A stretch of 64,000 nucleotides of DNA from Mytilus trossulus (lineage: Eukaryota): assembly GCF_036588685.1 (NCBI RefSeq), contig NC_086381.1, positions 50,840,001 through 50,904,000 on the forward strand. Reading direction: 5' to 3'. Below the pieces are notes generated by a model. It had not been told where the DNA came from, did no database searches, and was given only the letters and a program-made list of their open reading frames with translations. The stretch's first letter is position 1. Every line of letters begins with the position of its first letter. Positions 52,101 through 64,000 of this stretch are shown in pieces. The translations under genes were made by a program, and so were the position numbers.

Positions 52101-55100
52101 TATGCATGTATATACTTATAGAAAGAAAATCTTCCATAAATTTGATTTCTAATGGTCATAAGGGTGAAATATAATCCCTTTTGGGTGTAACCATGGCGAC
52201 AATTTGCATTTCTTAGATACAAAATATAGCAAAAGAGGGGGGTGAACGTGTCACAAAAGTCTCCAAAATTTGATCTAAAGGAAAATTTCAATGAATTACA
52301 GTGATACCTTTCCTGAATCCATAGGTTTATATCTATCAAGTGGTCAAAAAAAAATCATATGCTTTCCTGCTCGTTTTTCCATAAAATTGAATTGAAAAGA
52401 TCGAACGCAAAATCTTTGTTGATAAACACTACTATAATTTATGGACCTATGAACGGTACGGATAGGAAAATACGGACTGTCAATCAAAGAAATGGCCTAT
52501 AAAACATGTTAAAATCAATCTAAATGTTCATATAAACCCACTAAGAAGGCTATATTATTCTTCAATTATCTAAAAATCAATTTTATTGTACAAAAACTTT
52601 CATATTTAAAAAATTCACAGGGGCCATAATGCGAAACTAAACTTCTAACTGTGTATTGCTACCTAAGATTACCAATAATTAACAAGTTCTGGATCAAATC
52701 TGATACTGATACCAATAGTATAATGTCACATGTTACCTGTCCTGTTACCTAATATGTACGTTCCGCCTTTGTCAAGCACACCACCTAACGATGTATTCAG
52801 GATTTGTTATATACACAGGTCATAATCACACCTGAACTTCGTCAGTATATAGGGATTGACACTAAATTCAATTATTGACCAAAACAATATATAAATCTTC
52901 AAGTAGTTTTCGGTTGTAGTAAGAAAACCAGGACAGGTTCAAACAGAAAGATTTTGAAAACAGAGAAAACTGTGTATCTTATAATCAGTATGTCTTTATC
53001 AAATGGCAATACGAACACTAAGAATCCAGGCTAAAAATAAGGTGTAGCTACTTTAATTCAGTCACTGACCCACGATGTCCAGGGTGTGTTCTAGTTATAT
53101 AATAAAATAACTCTTTATCCTGTATTAAATGTGTTGGTTGACCTGTCAATAGGGATAGAATATCACCAATAAGCAATAAACGTAATAATTAATACAATTT
53201 TATCAAGGAAAAGAACAAAAACAAAAATTTTGGTTTAAATTTTGTATGAAAAATGTAAAGAAATGACTTTTTGTTAGTCGCAACCTTACAGAAATTCGAC
53301 ATTTATTACAAATTTTGGTGGGCAGGGTTTAAGATAGTATATGGTCAGTGACTGTAAAGCATAAATATATACAGTCAATGCAATTACTCAAATATGATTT
53401 ATAAAAATAATTGGATCAGTGCCTGATATATCTATGTGTAACAATATATTTGACTGTTCTAATTGCATTTGAAGAAACAACTCCTTAACTTCTACAAGTT
53501 TACAATCATTTGCTATACCAGGATCTATATTTCTCAGTATACTCTCAGGATTCCTTTTCCCATTTCCACTGGCATTATTTTTAGTATGTTTGGTAAGTAT
53601 TCCTAATTTTCATTCTTAATTTAAGTGAAAGTTCTTACTAGAATCAGGCACTATAAGAAATTCTCAAAACATAATAATAAACAAAAAAATACTGCAAATT
53701 AAGCATGCATACAGTTTATTTTGCAATCTTGATTGCCTTCAAGTAAAAATGATAGATAGGAGCTGTTTTGTATCTGTAGGTCATGTTATTCACAATTATA
53801 GTATTTCAGCAAGATGTTACTTGTAATAATTGAGTTACCTCTATCTGGTTTGGTTTTAAAAATAATAAGCAAAACACCCAAGAAGTTCAAAAATACTACC
53901 GAAAACTGAAGATGGAATTATATAAACCTATAAACCCACTTAAAGGTGGGGTGAATAGTTTTATAAATAAAATAAGGTTTTTATATACTTGCATGACTTC
54001 TTATAGATCTAGAGATCAACATACATGTACTATATTCATTGATAGACAAGTGTCCATACCGTACATATTAAAAATTAAAACTTATTGAAGCATACACATT
54101 AAGCATTGGGATATATTGTAGATAAGTGGAAAGGTCATCTTAATATTTAATGAAAGTTAAATGTTTGTGTTTTGTATTTTTCAGTGTTCTGGTTTAGGAG
54201 CAACATTTTGTTATTCATTATCATATCTAGTAGGAAAACAATTAGTCATGAAATATATACCACAGAGAGTTACAGAATGGCAATCTCATGTAAGTACAAA
54301 ACCATAAATTACATACATGGGGGGGAGGGTAACAGAATGGCAATCTCATGTAAGTACAAACCAATAGAGTACATACATGGGGGGAGGGTAACCGAATGGC
54401 AATCTCATGTAAGTACAAACCCATACAGTAAATACCTGGGTGATGTTCTCTCATGAAAGTAAATATTTACCTGTATAGGGCGGCATTACAGAATGGCAAT
54501 CTCATCCAAGTATATACCAGGAGGAAAATAACAGAATGGCAATATCATGGAATTAATTATTACTTGTATAGTACATATTGAGGGGATGGTTTTACAGAAT
54601 GGAAATCTCATGTAATATATTTAAAAATTCGTAAGGGTTTCACGGAACCCAGTGTCTCGCCTACTTTTGCTGTTAATCGCAGACTCAACAAAAATGAGGA
54701 AAAACATCAATAAAAATTTCCCTCTCGATACTGTCTTTTGATTGAAAGAAGCTTCCAAGTTTGGAAAAAAATCCAGGATAGTTTATAAATCTAATAAATG
54801 TTTTATAAACTTTAACTGCAGACTGTATGTAATGTTACTTGGAAGAAAAACTAAGTCCATTTATAAGTAAAATACAGAAAAAGTGATTTTTTTTTTTACA
54901 AAATTTACTTCTGAATAATATCTTATGATCAGAAACAAGCTTTTGTCTAAGTTTGGTAGAAATCCAGGATAGTTTAAGAACATTATAAAAATTTTAAAAA
55001 CTTAAACCACAGAGTGAATGTTTTGTTTCTGGCAAAAAAACTAAGTCCATTTATAAGTAAAATAAAGTAAAATACGGAAAAGTGGAAATTTATTTTTACA

Positions 55101-57858
55101 AAATTTTCTTCTTGATACTATCTTATGATCATAAACAAGCTTCTGTCCAAGTTTGGTAGAAATTCAGTATAGTTTAAGAAAGTTATTAAAATTTCAAAAA
55201 CTTTAACCACAGAGTGAATATTTGTGGACGCCGCCGCCGCCGCCGACGGAATGTAGGATCGCTTAGTCTCGCTTTTTCGACTAAAGTTGAAGGCTCGACA
55301 AAAAAGGAGCTGTGGTATGATTGCAATTGGAAAACTCTTCACCAGAGTTCAAATGACATAGATATACCCAATTAAAGGCCTCAGTATGAAATTGAACAAT
55401 GAGAAAATCCCATAGTGCTTTGTCGGCTATAAAAGCCCCCAACAAGAAAATGTGAAACATTTCAAACAAGAAAATTAACGGCCCTATTTATAACAAAGCA
55501 ATTTACAAAATATAAAAATGACATTAATAACCATTGAATAAAGGCTCCTGACAGGCACATAAAGAATATGGCAAGGTAAATCATGCTTGTGAGCACTCAA
55601 TCCTCCCCTCAGCTGGGACAGTCATGTCACAGCAAAACATAAGAACATTAGAACAAACTGTAAAAATTAGATATACTTGTACAGTTACTAGTAATGCAAC
55701 AGGGAGGGTGACAGAAAATATTCATATTCATTGATACTACTTTATGTGGGAGGCTAATAATGGTAATGTAATGTATGTAGTTTGATGGAATATGTACCAG
55801 CATCATTAAAGCAGATGCTAAAACAATACCTATCAGTGGGATGTTTTAAAAAGTAAGAAGTTACTACATACATGCCAAGGCTAACAGAATGTAATCTTTT
55901 GTCTTTCCAGGTAGATAAACACAGAGAACATTTGTTGAACTACATCATATTTTTGAGAATTACACCATTTTTACCCAACTGGTTTATAAACATTACTTCA
56001 CCAGTCATAAATGTTCCAATTGTACCATTCTTTGTTGGAACATTTTTAGGTAAGAATTATTGATTTCAAGAATTCCCATTCAGAAGTTTTTTGAGTGATT
56101 AAAACAATATAGAATAAAAAAAGATATAGTTCAATAGATTTAAGTTTTATGTGCCATTTATCTCATATAGTCTTCTCATATAGCCTTCTATTCTCAATTT
56201 TATTACTAATATTCACTTCATTTTAGTCCCCTACCGACGAAGTCGAAGGGGACTTTAGGTTTGCACTCCATCCGTCTGTCCGTCTTACCATCCGTCTGTC
56301 CGTCGTACCGTCCGTCTGTCCATCTGTCCATCCGTCCATCCGTCAGTTCGGCAAATCAGTTTTCCACACTTTTTTTCTTCGTTCTACAAGATATTGATTT
56401 GATATTTGGTATATAGTTTTATCATGACAAGTTATAGATCAAGTTCGAATTTTGTTCCGGTCTGATGATTAAGTATAGAGTAATCAGGGTCCATATCTAA
56501 TGTTAGAGTACTACATTTTGTATGTTAAACCATATTTCTGTACAAAGAGAGATAACTCATTTTTTTAAAGACATTCTTTGGTTAATTGTTTGAAGTGGTT
56601 TTTTTTTTTGTATAAACTAATTTTCTGAATGGTATATACATAAAACAAAATTATGAAGTGAAATCTTTTAATTAGATAATAATCTATGTTTTATAAGGTA
56701 TATATTTCATTACATTACATCGTGTATAGATAAAAGTGGTTGACATTTTATAGATAAGTAAATTTTGTTTTGGTCTGATAATTTTGTGCAGAGTTATGGT
56801 ACTTGGACTTGAAAAATTCACTCATATAATCAGTTTTCCACACTGTTTTTAGTCATGCTTGACTATATTGACTTGATATTTTCTTTTTACACCATGACAA
56901 GTTATAGAATAAGTTAGCATTTTGTTCCAGTATAATGAATTTTTACCCGGTAGGGGACTATGTATTGCCATGCAATACTCTCAGAATGCTTGTTCAGTTA
57001 ATTTTTTAAATTTGACAAGAGCTTATTGAGCGATTCACACTGATTTGACTGTTAGTAACACTGTCATATTACTCAGCTTCTGTTTTATGCAATGATTTAA
57101 TAGTTGATCTTCAATTTTATAAGATGATTGTTCAGTTACCTTGACAACAATTATGACAGAAATTTTCCATAGATTCTTGAGTCAGTATATTTGATAGTTT
57201 AATTGAGCATCTGTTATCACAACCTTTCTTTCATAAACCAATACATGAAATGTACATTCACTGTTTATCAATCTAATTCATTCTAGGAAATATTTTCAGT
57301 AATGTACATCAGAGTGTTGTGATTGGTTGACATGGATCTAAACAATTGATAACCAGCCAATTAAGTACTCTGAATTTCTTTTTTTTGTACAAACAATAAA
57401 TACCCATAATGCCTTTGGTTTTGAAATGTCAAATTGGTTGATTGTTTGACTAGCCACAATCACAGTCGATATACTTTAAACCATAAAATTGTTTGTTTCA
57501 TTTTAGGTGGTATACCACTGCATTTATTGCAATACAAGTCACTTCCTGTTTGCGAACAATTTGAATTTGTATTAAACCCACTAGCCACAAAATTATTTGT
57601 TATATATTACTCAGCATTTTGGAATACTTTTATACTTGGTCTGGAATTTGATAATGTTATAAATCATAATTTTTATTTTTTATTTTAGGTGTTATACCAC
57701 CGACGTTTATTGCAATACAAGCAGGTACAACATTACATCAGCTGACATCATCAAGTGACATGCTATCTTGGACTTCTATAGGCATGTTAGCATTGTTTGC
57801 TGTTATATCTTTACTACCTGTCGTATTCAAGAAAAAATTACAAGAGAAATTAGACTGA
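46136..57858 (+). CDS. TMEM41B: Transmembrane protein 41B (Stasimon; DedA/VTT-domain lipid scramblase), 7 coding exons, 283 aa
   Basis: Exons 46136-46196, 49470-49623, 51358-51486, 53499-53592, 54185-54289, 55911-56049, 57689-57858 join in frame (852 nt). Motifs: LPRDIEDAKRLG, YIFLQSFAIPGSIFLSILSGFL, CSGLGATFCY, NYIIFLRITPFLPNWFINITSP, FKKKLQEKLD*. Exon 1 is the least certain. Confidence 0.94.
46499..47777. mobile_element. Non-autonomous TIR element (CAG..CTG termini) with subterminal tandem repeats
   Basis: TIR CAGGGATCTCCATGG / CCATGGAGATCCCTG; flanking ATGAT direct repeat; seven 20-21 bp GCCATCGT(T)(C)AAA units at 46534-46670. Confidence 0.85.
48253..48424. mobile_element. Small MITE (second copy at about 62425-62525)
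   Basis: GTTCAATATCGTAGC(A/T)GCTA ... GTAGC(C/T)GCTACGATATTGAA inverted ends are present in both copies. Confidence 0.75.
51742..51930. mobile_element. Tourist/PIF-like MITE, TAA TSD
   Basis: TAA|GGGCTATTCCAGAAAAAAATGTATGGG ... CCCATACATTTTTTTCTGGAATAGCCC|TAA. Confidence 0.88.
51999..52663. mobile_element. MITE with TAA-flanked TIRs
   Basis: TAA|GGCAGCAATACACAGTTAG ... CTAACTGTGTATTGCTACC|TAA. Confidence 0.82.
54270..54616 (+). repeat. ~60-bp tandem repeat duplicating the 3' end and donor of TMEM41B exon 5
   Basis: ACAGAATGGCAATCTCAT|GTAAGTACAAA at about 54272, 54332 and 54391 (one mismatch in the third), with degenerate copies near 54488, 54531 and 54594. Confidence 0.9.
54632..55305 (+). 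mobile_element. HINE-like element (second family) with internal tandem array
   Basis: GTGTCTCGCC near the start, ~190-bp repeated cores (AAATCCAGGATAGTTTA; AAACTAAGTCCATTTATAAGTAAAATA), (GCC)n run, TTCGACT..AGTTGAA hairpin, GGCTCGACAAAAA end. Confidence 0.8.
56221..56995 (+). mobile_element. pearl/DINE-like HINE with CCGT/CTGT microsatellite
   Basis: AGTCCCCTACCG ... CGGTAGGGGACT inverted subterminal repeat, (CCGTCTGT)n tract at 56270-56345, GTATTGC..GCAATAC hairpin. Confidence 0.8.
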
Positions 57859-59745
57859 GATTTGACTTGATTTGTAAATCTGAAGCATTGATGGGATAAC
57901 TGGTGGACATTTTTGTTATGCATTGGTTATTTATATTATGTATATCTTATTATTGTATCCATTTTATTTCAACATCTAATTTAAATTCTTGAGTTACTGA
58001 ATATCTGGTATATGTCTGACTTGTTATTCATATCTATTAAAAAAAATCTATATAAAAAAAATACAACATTTTCAGGTTATGTTTTCAAATATATATGACA
58101 TATCCCAATGGATACATTTAAAACTGTTTAGAACTTGATATATGATCTGTATTGTCATTTTTTTTAAGAGGGATAAAGAGACCTGTTGGGTATGTTTAAA
58201 GAACTGGGGACCATAAATTTGTTATAATTTACCATATTCTTATTTTGAAAATTTACAGTAAATACTTGACTGTGAAACTTATATTTATAGTAATAGAGAT
58301 TATTTTATCTATGCAAAATTATTTATTGAGAAATATCAAGAAATTCAGTAAGAAATTAAGTGTTAAAATACAAAGAATCCAGTACTAGTATAAACCAGAT
58401 TAAACAGAAGCCATTTTGTTCACATGTTGAAATATCAAAGAATGCTAGTTGTACACATAAACAGTGTTAGACAAGAGTTTAAGTCAAGACCAGTTTCACT
58501 GTATGTAAGCTAGTCAGATTTTATAAACATGTAAAATTTATTTGCTTGAACCAAGAATATGATGTAGTTTGGCAGAATTGTTTCTGTAGATATACCTCAG
58601 ATTATTATAGTTCTCTGATATTGTATATTGTGTATGGTTTTGTGTTGTTGTTCAATTAGATAAGTGAATTTGTTACTAGTAATTCAGAAATTATTGAGAT
58701 GTTTTTATTATTGTGAAAAAATGCAACAGGGTTATAATCGCAATAATTAAAACTCGCATTTGAAATTTTTTATATGAATTAAACAGGATTTTTTTTTAAA
58801 TTATAAAAGTTCAAATCACATTTTAATCTAAAATGACAAAATTGCAATAATAAATGCTCTCAATAATTTCTGAATTTACAGTTCCTGTCATATAAACTGG
58901 CAATTAATTCTATGTTGATTTTAACAGATATACATGTACAGAATTATTTCTTATTTCATATTTTTAGTTCCTTGAATTCTAAAAATTATGAGGTCAAATC
59001 AACCTAAGACATTTAAATGTCACAAATAATTATTTATTATTATTTATAATATTTGATTTGATAGGAAGTTGTAGTCTGACAGTTTAAAGCACTTTATAAT
59101 TCATTAATTTTGTAATGATTTTGAGAATAACATTTTTCAACATGAGATCATTGTACACATAATATACAGACTATGTATTAATTGTAGTTGTTCAAATTAG
59201 CTGCAGATGTTTTGTGTTTGGTTAAATTTGTTTATGTTGTAAAAATTGTTTTTGGAACTTTCAAAAGGTGCTAAAACTTAGTTAGTGGTGCCAATTCTAT
59301 TTAGTATTGTTTAGAATTGTTGTTCATTATTTCAAGTACATTTGTTAGAATTTAAATACACTGTCTACATGGTAATTATAGATTAACAATGATCATCTCA
59401 ACGAGATTGATTTTCGAGCAATCGAATTGAAATGACCAATGATAATCTGTTTATTGCTATTTTTCCTATGACTACCTTGTTAATTTCACTGACAACGGGC
59501 ATGTGTGTGCGCCCTTAGTTTCTAGAAATAATTATTAATATCATTCTTTTGTGCTGAGAAAGGAATTTTTCAGTCAGTAAGATCAAAGGAAAATTTTGTA
59601 AAATAGAGATAACAAAAGATACACAAGAGTATACTTTATGTAGATTTACACAGTTTTTAATTGAAAAAACAGATCCGGTGTCCTGTGTTTGGGATCTTAC
59701 AATGAATGCTCTGTTCAATTTTGTGTTCAAATGATTATTACATTA

Positions 59746-61126
59746 GGGGTCATCCATAATTGTCAACCATTTTCCAAAGTGTACAAAACTTGGGGGAGGG
59801 GATTTACCGTACGCTTTTTGTCGAGTCTGCAACTTCTGTTGCAGAAAGCTCGACATAGGGATAGTGATCCGGCGACAGCGGCGGCGTTAGCTAACTTCTT
59901 AAAAGGTTAATATTTTAGAAGGTGAAAGACCTGGATGCTTCATACTTTGTATATAGATGCCTCATGTTACGAAGTTTCCGTCAGTCACATGTCCAATGTC
60001 CTTGACCTCATTTTCATGGTTCAGTGACTACTTGAAAAAAAAGTTCAGAATTTTTGTAATGTTTAATTCTCTCTTATTATAAGTAATAGGATAACTATAT
60101 TTGGTATGTGCGTACCTTGCAAGGTCCTCATGCCCATCAGACAGTTTTCATGTGACCTCGACCTCATTTCATGGATCAGTGAACAAGGTTAAGTTTTGGT
60201 GGTCAAGTCCATATCTCAGATACTATAAGCAGTAGGGCTAGTATATTTGGTGTATGGAAGGACTGGAAGGTGTATATGTCCAACTGGCAGGTGTCGTCTG
60301 ACCTTGACCTCATTTTCATGGTTCAGTGGTTATAGTTAAGTTTTTGTGTTTTGGTCTGTTTTTCTCATTCTTTATGCAATAGGTCTACTATATTTGTTGT
60401 ATGGAATGATTGTAAGGTGTACATGTCTAGCGGGCAGATGTCATCTGACCTTGACCTCATTTTCATGGTTCAGTGGTCAAAGTTAAGTTTTTAAGTGTTG
60501 GTCTTTTTATCTAATATTATATGCCAAAGGTCAACTATATTTGGTGTAAGGAAATATATTATGATCTATATGTCAGTCCCGCAGGTTTTATTTGACCATG
60601 ACCTCAATTGCACGGTTCATTGCACAGTGTTAAGTTTTTGTGTTTTGGTCTATTTTTCTTAAACTATAAGTAGTAGGTCAACTATATTTGTTGTATGGAA
60701 GCTTTGTTAGCTGTACATGTCTGCCTGGCATGGTTCATCTGACCTTGACCTCATTTTCATGGTTCATTGGTCTTTGTTTAGCTATCTTGGTTAATGTTAA
60801 GTTTATGTGACAGTTGTAATAAAGCTTTATACTTAGGACTATCAACATAATATCAATGATTAGTAAAGAAGGCGAGACATTTCAGTGTGTGCACTCTTGT
60901 TTTCTTTCTTCATCAAATAAAAGTCAGATATGTTTCACTTTCTTTTCAATGCAAATTTCTATATTAAACTAAACTACAATAAACAGGATCTTTTTTTATT
61001 AAGAATGATTGATTCTTGTCTTGAAATCTGAAAATGGTTGATGTACACTTTTTGAGGGAGGGTGGGGGGTCTGAAAAAGTGTGTTTTGTACACTTTGGAA
61101 AATGGTTGACAATTATGGATGACCCC
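59746..61126. mobile_element. Tourist/PIF-like MITE interrupted by a HINE insertion
   Basis: TTA|GGGGTCATCCATAATTGTCAACCATTTTCCAAAGTGTACAAAAC ... GTTTTGTACACTTTGGAAAATGGTTGACAATTATGGATGACCCC|TTA (44-bp perfect TIR). Confidence 0.88.
59815..60900 (-). mobile_element. HINE-like element, same family as 40924-42364, opposite orientation
   Basis: Reverse complement of the 40924 copy along its whole length, apart from that copy's insertion; T-rich junctions. Confidence 0.88.
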
Positions 61127-64000
61127 TTATACAACGAAATGTCTGCTTGCAGATTTTTCATGGTATATTTCTCTTCATTTTAAATACTAAGATCTTAGGT
61201 TTAGAAGTAAAACATAGCATTGTTAGGTCTTTGTACGAAAAATTGGCACTCAAGGATTAATTGAACCCATTTGTAATTTTTGTTCATCTGAGTTGTGGAC
61301 CAAGCTTTGCCTTATTCATGGTAATATATCCTCCATTTTAACTGTCATTAATCAATGATTTTAAATGCTATTTATTTTCCTTTTAAATTGAAAATAAGTA
61401 AATAAAATGTATTTCATTTGAAAAAATATTATTTTAAGTATTCACTTTCTTTTCTATTGTGACACTTTATCCACAAGAAGTTAAATTTGTGTTGACTGAA
61501 ACCTATAATAGTCCATTTGCCAATTACCCATTTGATTCTGTTATTACACACTTTTTAAACAAATTACTTCCCTTTGCCAATTGTAGACTGGTTCTATACC
61601 GGACAAACTTGACCTTTGCCAATGCAAAGCATGATGAATTAAAAGTGATGTATCGGCGGTTTAACTAATTTTTCATGAAAAATAATCTGAAGTCTAAGGT
61701 ATTTAGCTTAACAATAAATTAATTTAATTAAAATATTTGGAAAACTCAAAAGCTACTTACATTACGCACAGATAGATTGCTTTTTCTGCTAGCTCTCTAT
61801 TGTAAATAAAAAAGGAAGGAAGACAACTAAAAAAGGGATCTCTAATTACAGGGTCAATTACGGGAATTGGCAAATAGGCTATTGCCACATTAATTTTTAA
61901 CATAGTTGATTTTATTGTACATTATATAGTATTTTGAAACATTTATAAGTTGTTTTGGACTCTGGTCTCTTCAGTTTCTCACTTATCTTTCTAAACTATA
62001 AGGTCGATAAGTCACCTTTCAAAATTCTAAAATTTTTCACAATTGATTATGAGAGTGATTCCTCTACAAAGTTGTTTTGAAAAATAATTGTTGGGGCCGT
62101 GATGGCCAAGTGGTCTATGTAGTACAACTACTGCATTACTAGCTAGTCAACCCTTGACTCCAATGTAACTGGTTTGGAACACTTTTTCAGGATTTCAAAT
62201 TATGAATTTTTGCGTTAATGAGATCGTTTTCTGTTTTAATGATATTTTACTGCTATAATTGATAGCGCTACATGCATTGTAAAACTATGGCTGCTAAATA
62301 ATTTAATCAATTTAAAATTTTTGTGCTGTGCTTACTGCTATAAAAACAAGATTTTTTTCAAATGTTTATTATTTATTCATGAGATTGTAGAAATATAAAA
62401 ACCAATTTATTTTTGTTTTATCTTGGTTGAGTTCAATATCGTAGCTGCTATCAATATCTATGTAACAACTAGTCTATAGCTACACGTTCAAAACTATGTA
62501 GCTGCTACGATATTGAACGCAACCCATATCTAATAGTTAGAAAAAAAAGAATAAAACAAGTCACCTTCAATAATAAGCATTTGTAATGATACAGAGTGCT
62601 GTCAACATAGAATATGTTTAATTCAATTATTTCATTTAAGTTTGCATCTTATAATTTATATGTTCCATGTTTCATTGTACTTGTAAATTAAACATTTATT
62701 TATTAGAAACTTTTTTGAATCTCAGCGCATTATCTTACATAAGCCATGGTGTGAGTGAAAAATTTAAAACTTATTATTTAATTAAAAAGATGGTAATCAA
62801 ATTTTTTTTAAATACTTCCAATTTTTATTTTGTTTTGATTTTTAGAATATTTTGGTGTTTTAACATAAAGAACTGTTCTAAACTTTATGTCAGGGGAGAA
62901 AAGGTGGGGTCTAACCAAAAGCCATCAACAATATACCTTTAAAAACATTCCGACTGATTATTAAAGCTGATGTCAAAACATACAATAACCCATCAAATTT
63001 TAATTGTACCTCCACTTATATCATGTATATAGAATAGATCTAATTGAAAAACTAGAATATATTGAAGAATTAGAATGTTTTAAAAAGCTGTTCAACATTT
63101 TTATTCAAAATATTTTGGGCATTTTTTTTTGCAATAAAAAATTAAAGATTTAAATGATTTGAATAATTTTGTCAAAGAAAATCAAAAGATTAACTCTTTA
63201 ACTAAATAAAATAATTAAGATTACTGTTTCAATTATGAATTGAATAAGTGCTCTGTCAAAATGAATATTTAAGATTTGTTCCACTAATTATTGTATAGTG
63301 GGTTTTGTAAGGCTTCATGTACTGTCTTAATGATATGAGAAACAGAAATTTCTATTCATACAATGTTCTGCCTCAAGTAAACTTGTATAATGGCTTAAAT
63401 AGGCTAAATCTAAAAGTATATCTATATATAAGAGCAAGTTATAGCATACTGAAGACTTTGTTATAATCAGTTGATCATTTCTATTCATACTTTTAATTTA
63501 ATATTAAGAACTAATAAAAATAAAAGGTCTATTGTATTGTCATTTTTTACTTGCCATTATTTGAATTTCAATGAGGCATTATTATGGCTGCCTAGCCCTA
63601 ATGCTTTAAAGGAAGGGAAGCAAGCCATTGGAGTTCTATTTGTGCTTGTGTGAAGGTTCCACTAAGAAACACCAGTATGACAGACTTTTCTATAAAAGAG
63701 AATCTTCATTGAAACCATGATTAACTTGATTCATATTTTGTTAACTTATCTGATGTGTAGATGAAGATAAAAATTAAGAAATTATGTGCCCCCAAATCGC
63801 TTTTCCAGATTCAAATTCATCAGGGACACTCAAATTTATAAACAATTAAAAGTCAGAGAAGTATTAATACAATTCAGTGTTGGCAGCAGAAACAACAAAA
63901 AACATTTGCATACAGTTTAATATTTTAGAAGGTGGAAGACCTGATTACCTTATACCTGTAAAGCAGATACCTTATGTTACAAAGTTTCTGTCTGTCACAT

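Larger units (their letters stand above)
51487..53498 (+). other. U12-type (minor spliceosome) GT-AG intron of TMEM41B
   Basis: 5' end GTATCCTTTT; branch point TCCTTAAC at 53482-53489, just upstream of the AG at 53497-53498; no real polypyrimidine tract. Confidence 0.92.

Overview
AT-rich eukaryotic (animal) genomic DNA with spliced genes; the repeat landscape suggests a bivalve mollusc such as Mytilus (inference). Most entries in the supplied ORF track are intron or repeat noise. Three complete multi-exon genes were reconstructed by hand with consistent intron phases: RLIG1/C12orf29 RNA ligase (+, 7 coding exons, 342 aa), TTLL1 tubulin polyglutamylase (-, 14 coding exons, 423 aa) and TMEM41B/Stasimon (+, 7 coding exons, 283 aa). 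RLIG1 and TTLL1 converge; TTLL1 and TMEM41B diverge from a probable shared promoter near 45.9-46.1 kb. Introns contain many non-autonomous DNA transposons. The most notable observations concern splicing: (1) a pair of duplicated, apparently mutually exclusive TTLL1 exons encoding the active-site loop, both with an initiase-like ARGIGI motif; (2) four separate local duplications of exon-intron junctions, including a 17-copy 42-bp array of an RLIG1 5' splice site; (3) a candidate small antisense gene interleaved with TTLL1; (4) a GC-AG intron and a U12 intron. There is no evidence for CRISPR, prokaryotic or phage systems. Homology calls rest on recalled vertebrate sequences, not on database searches.
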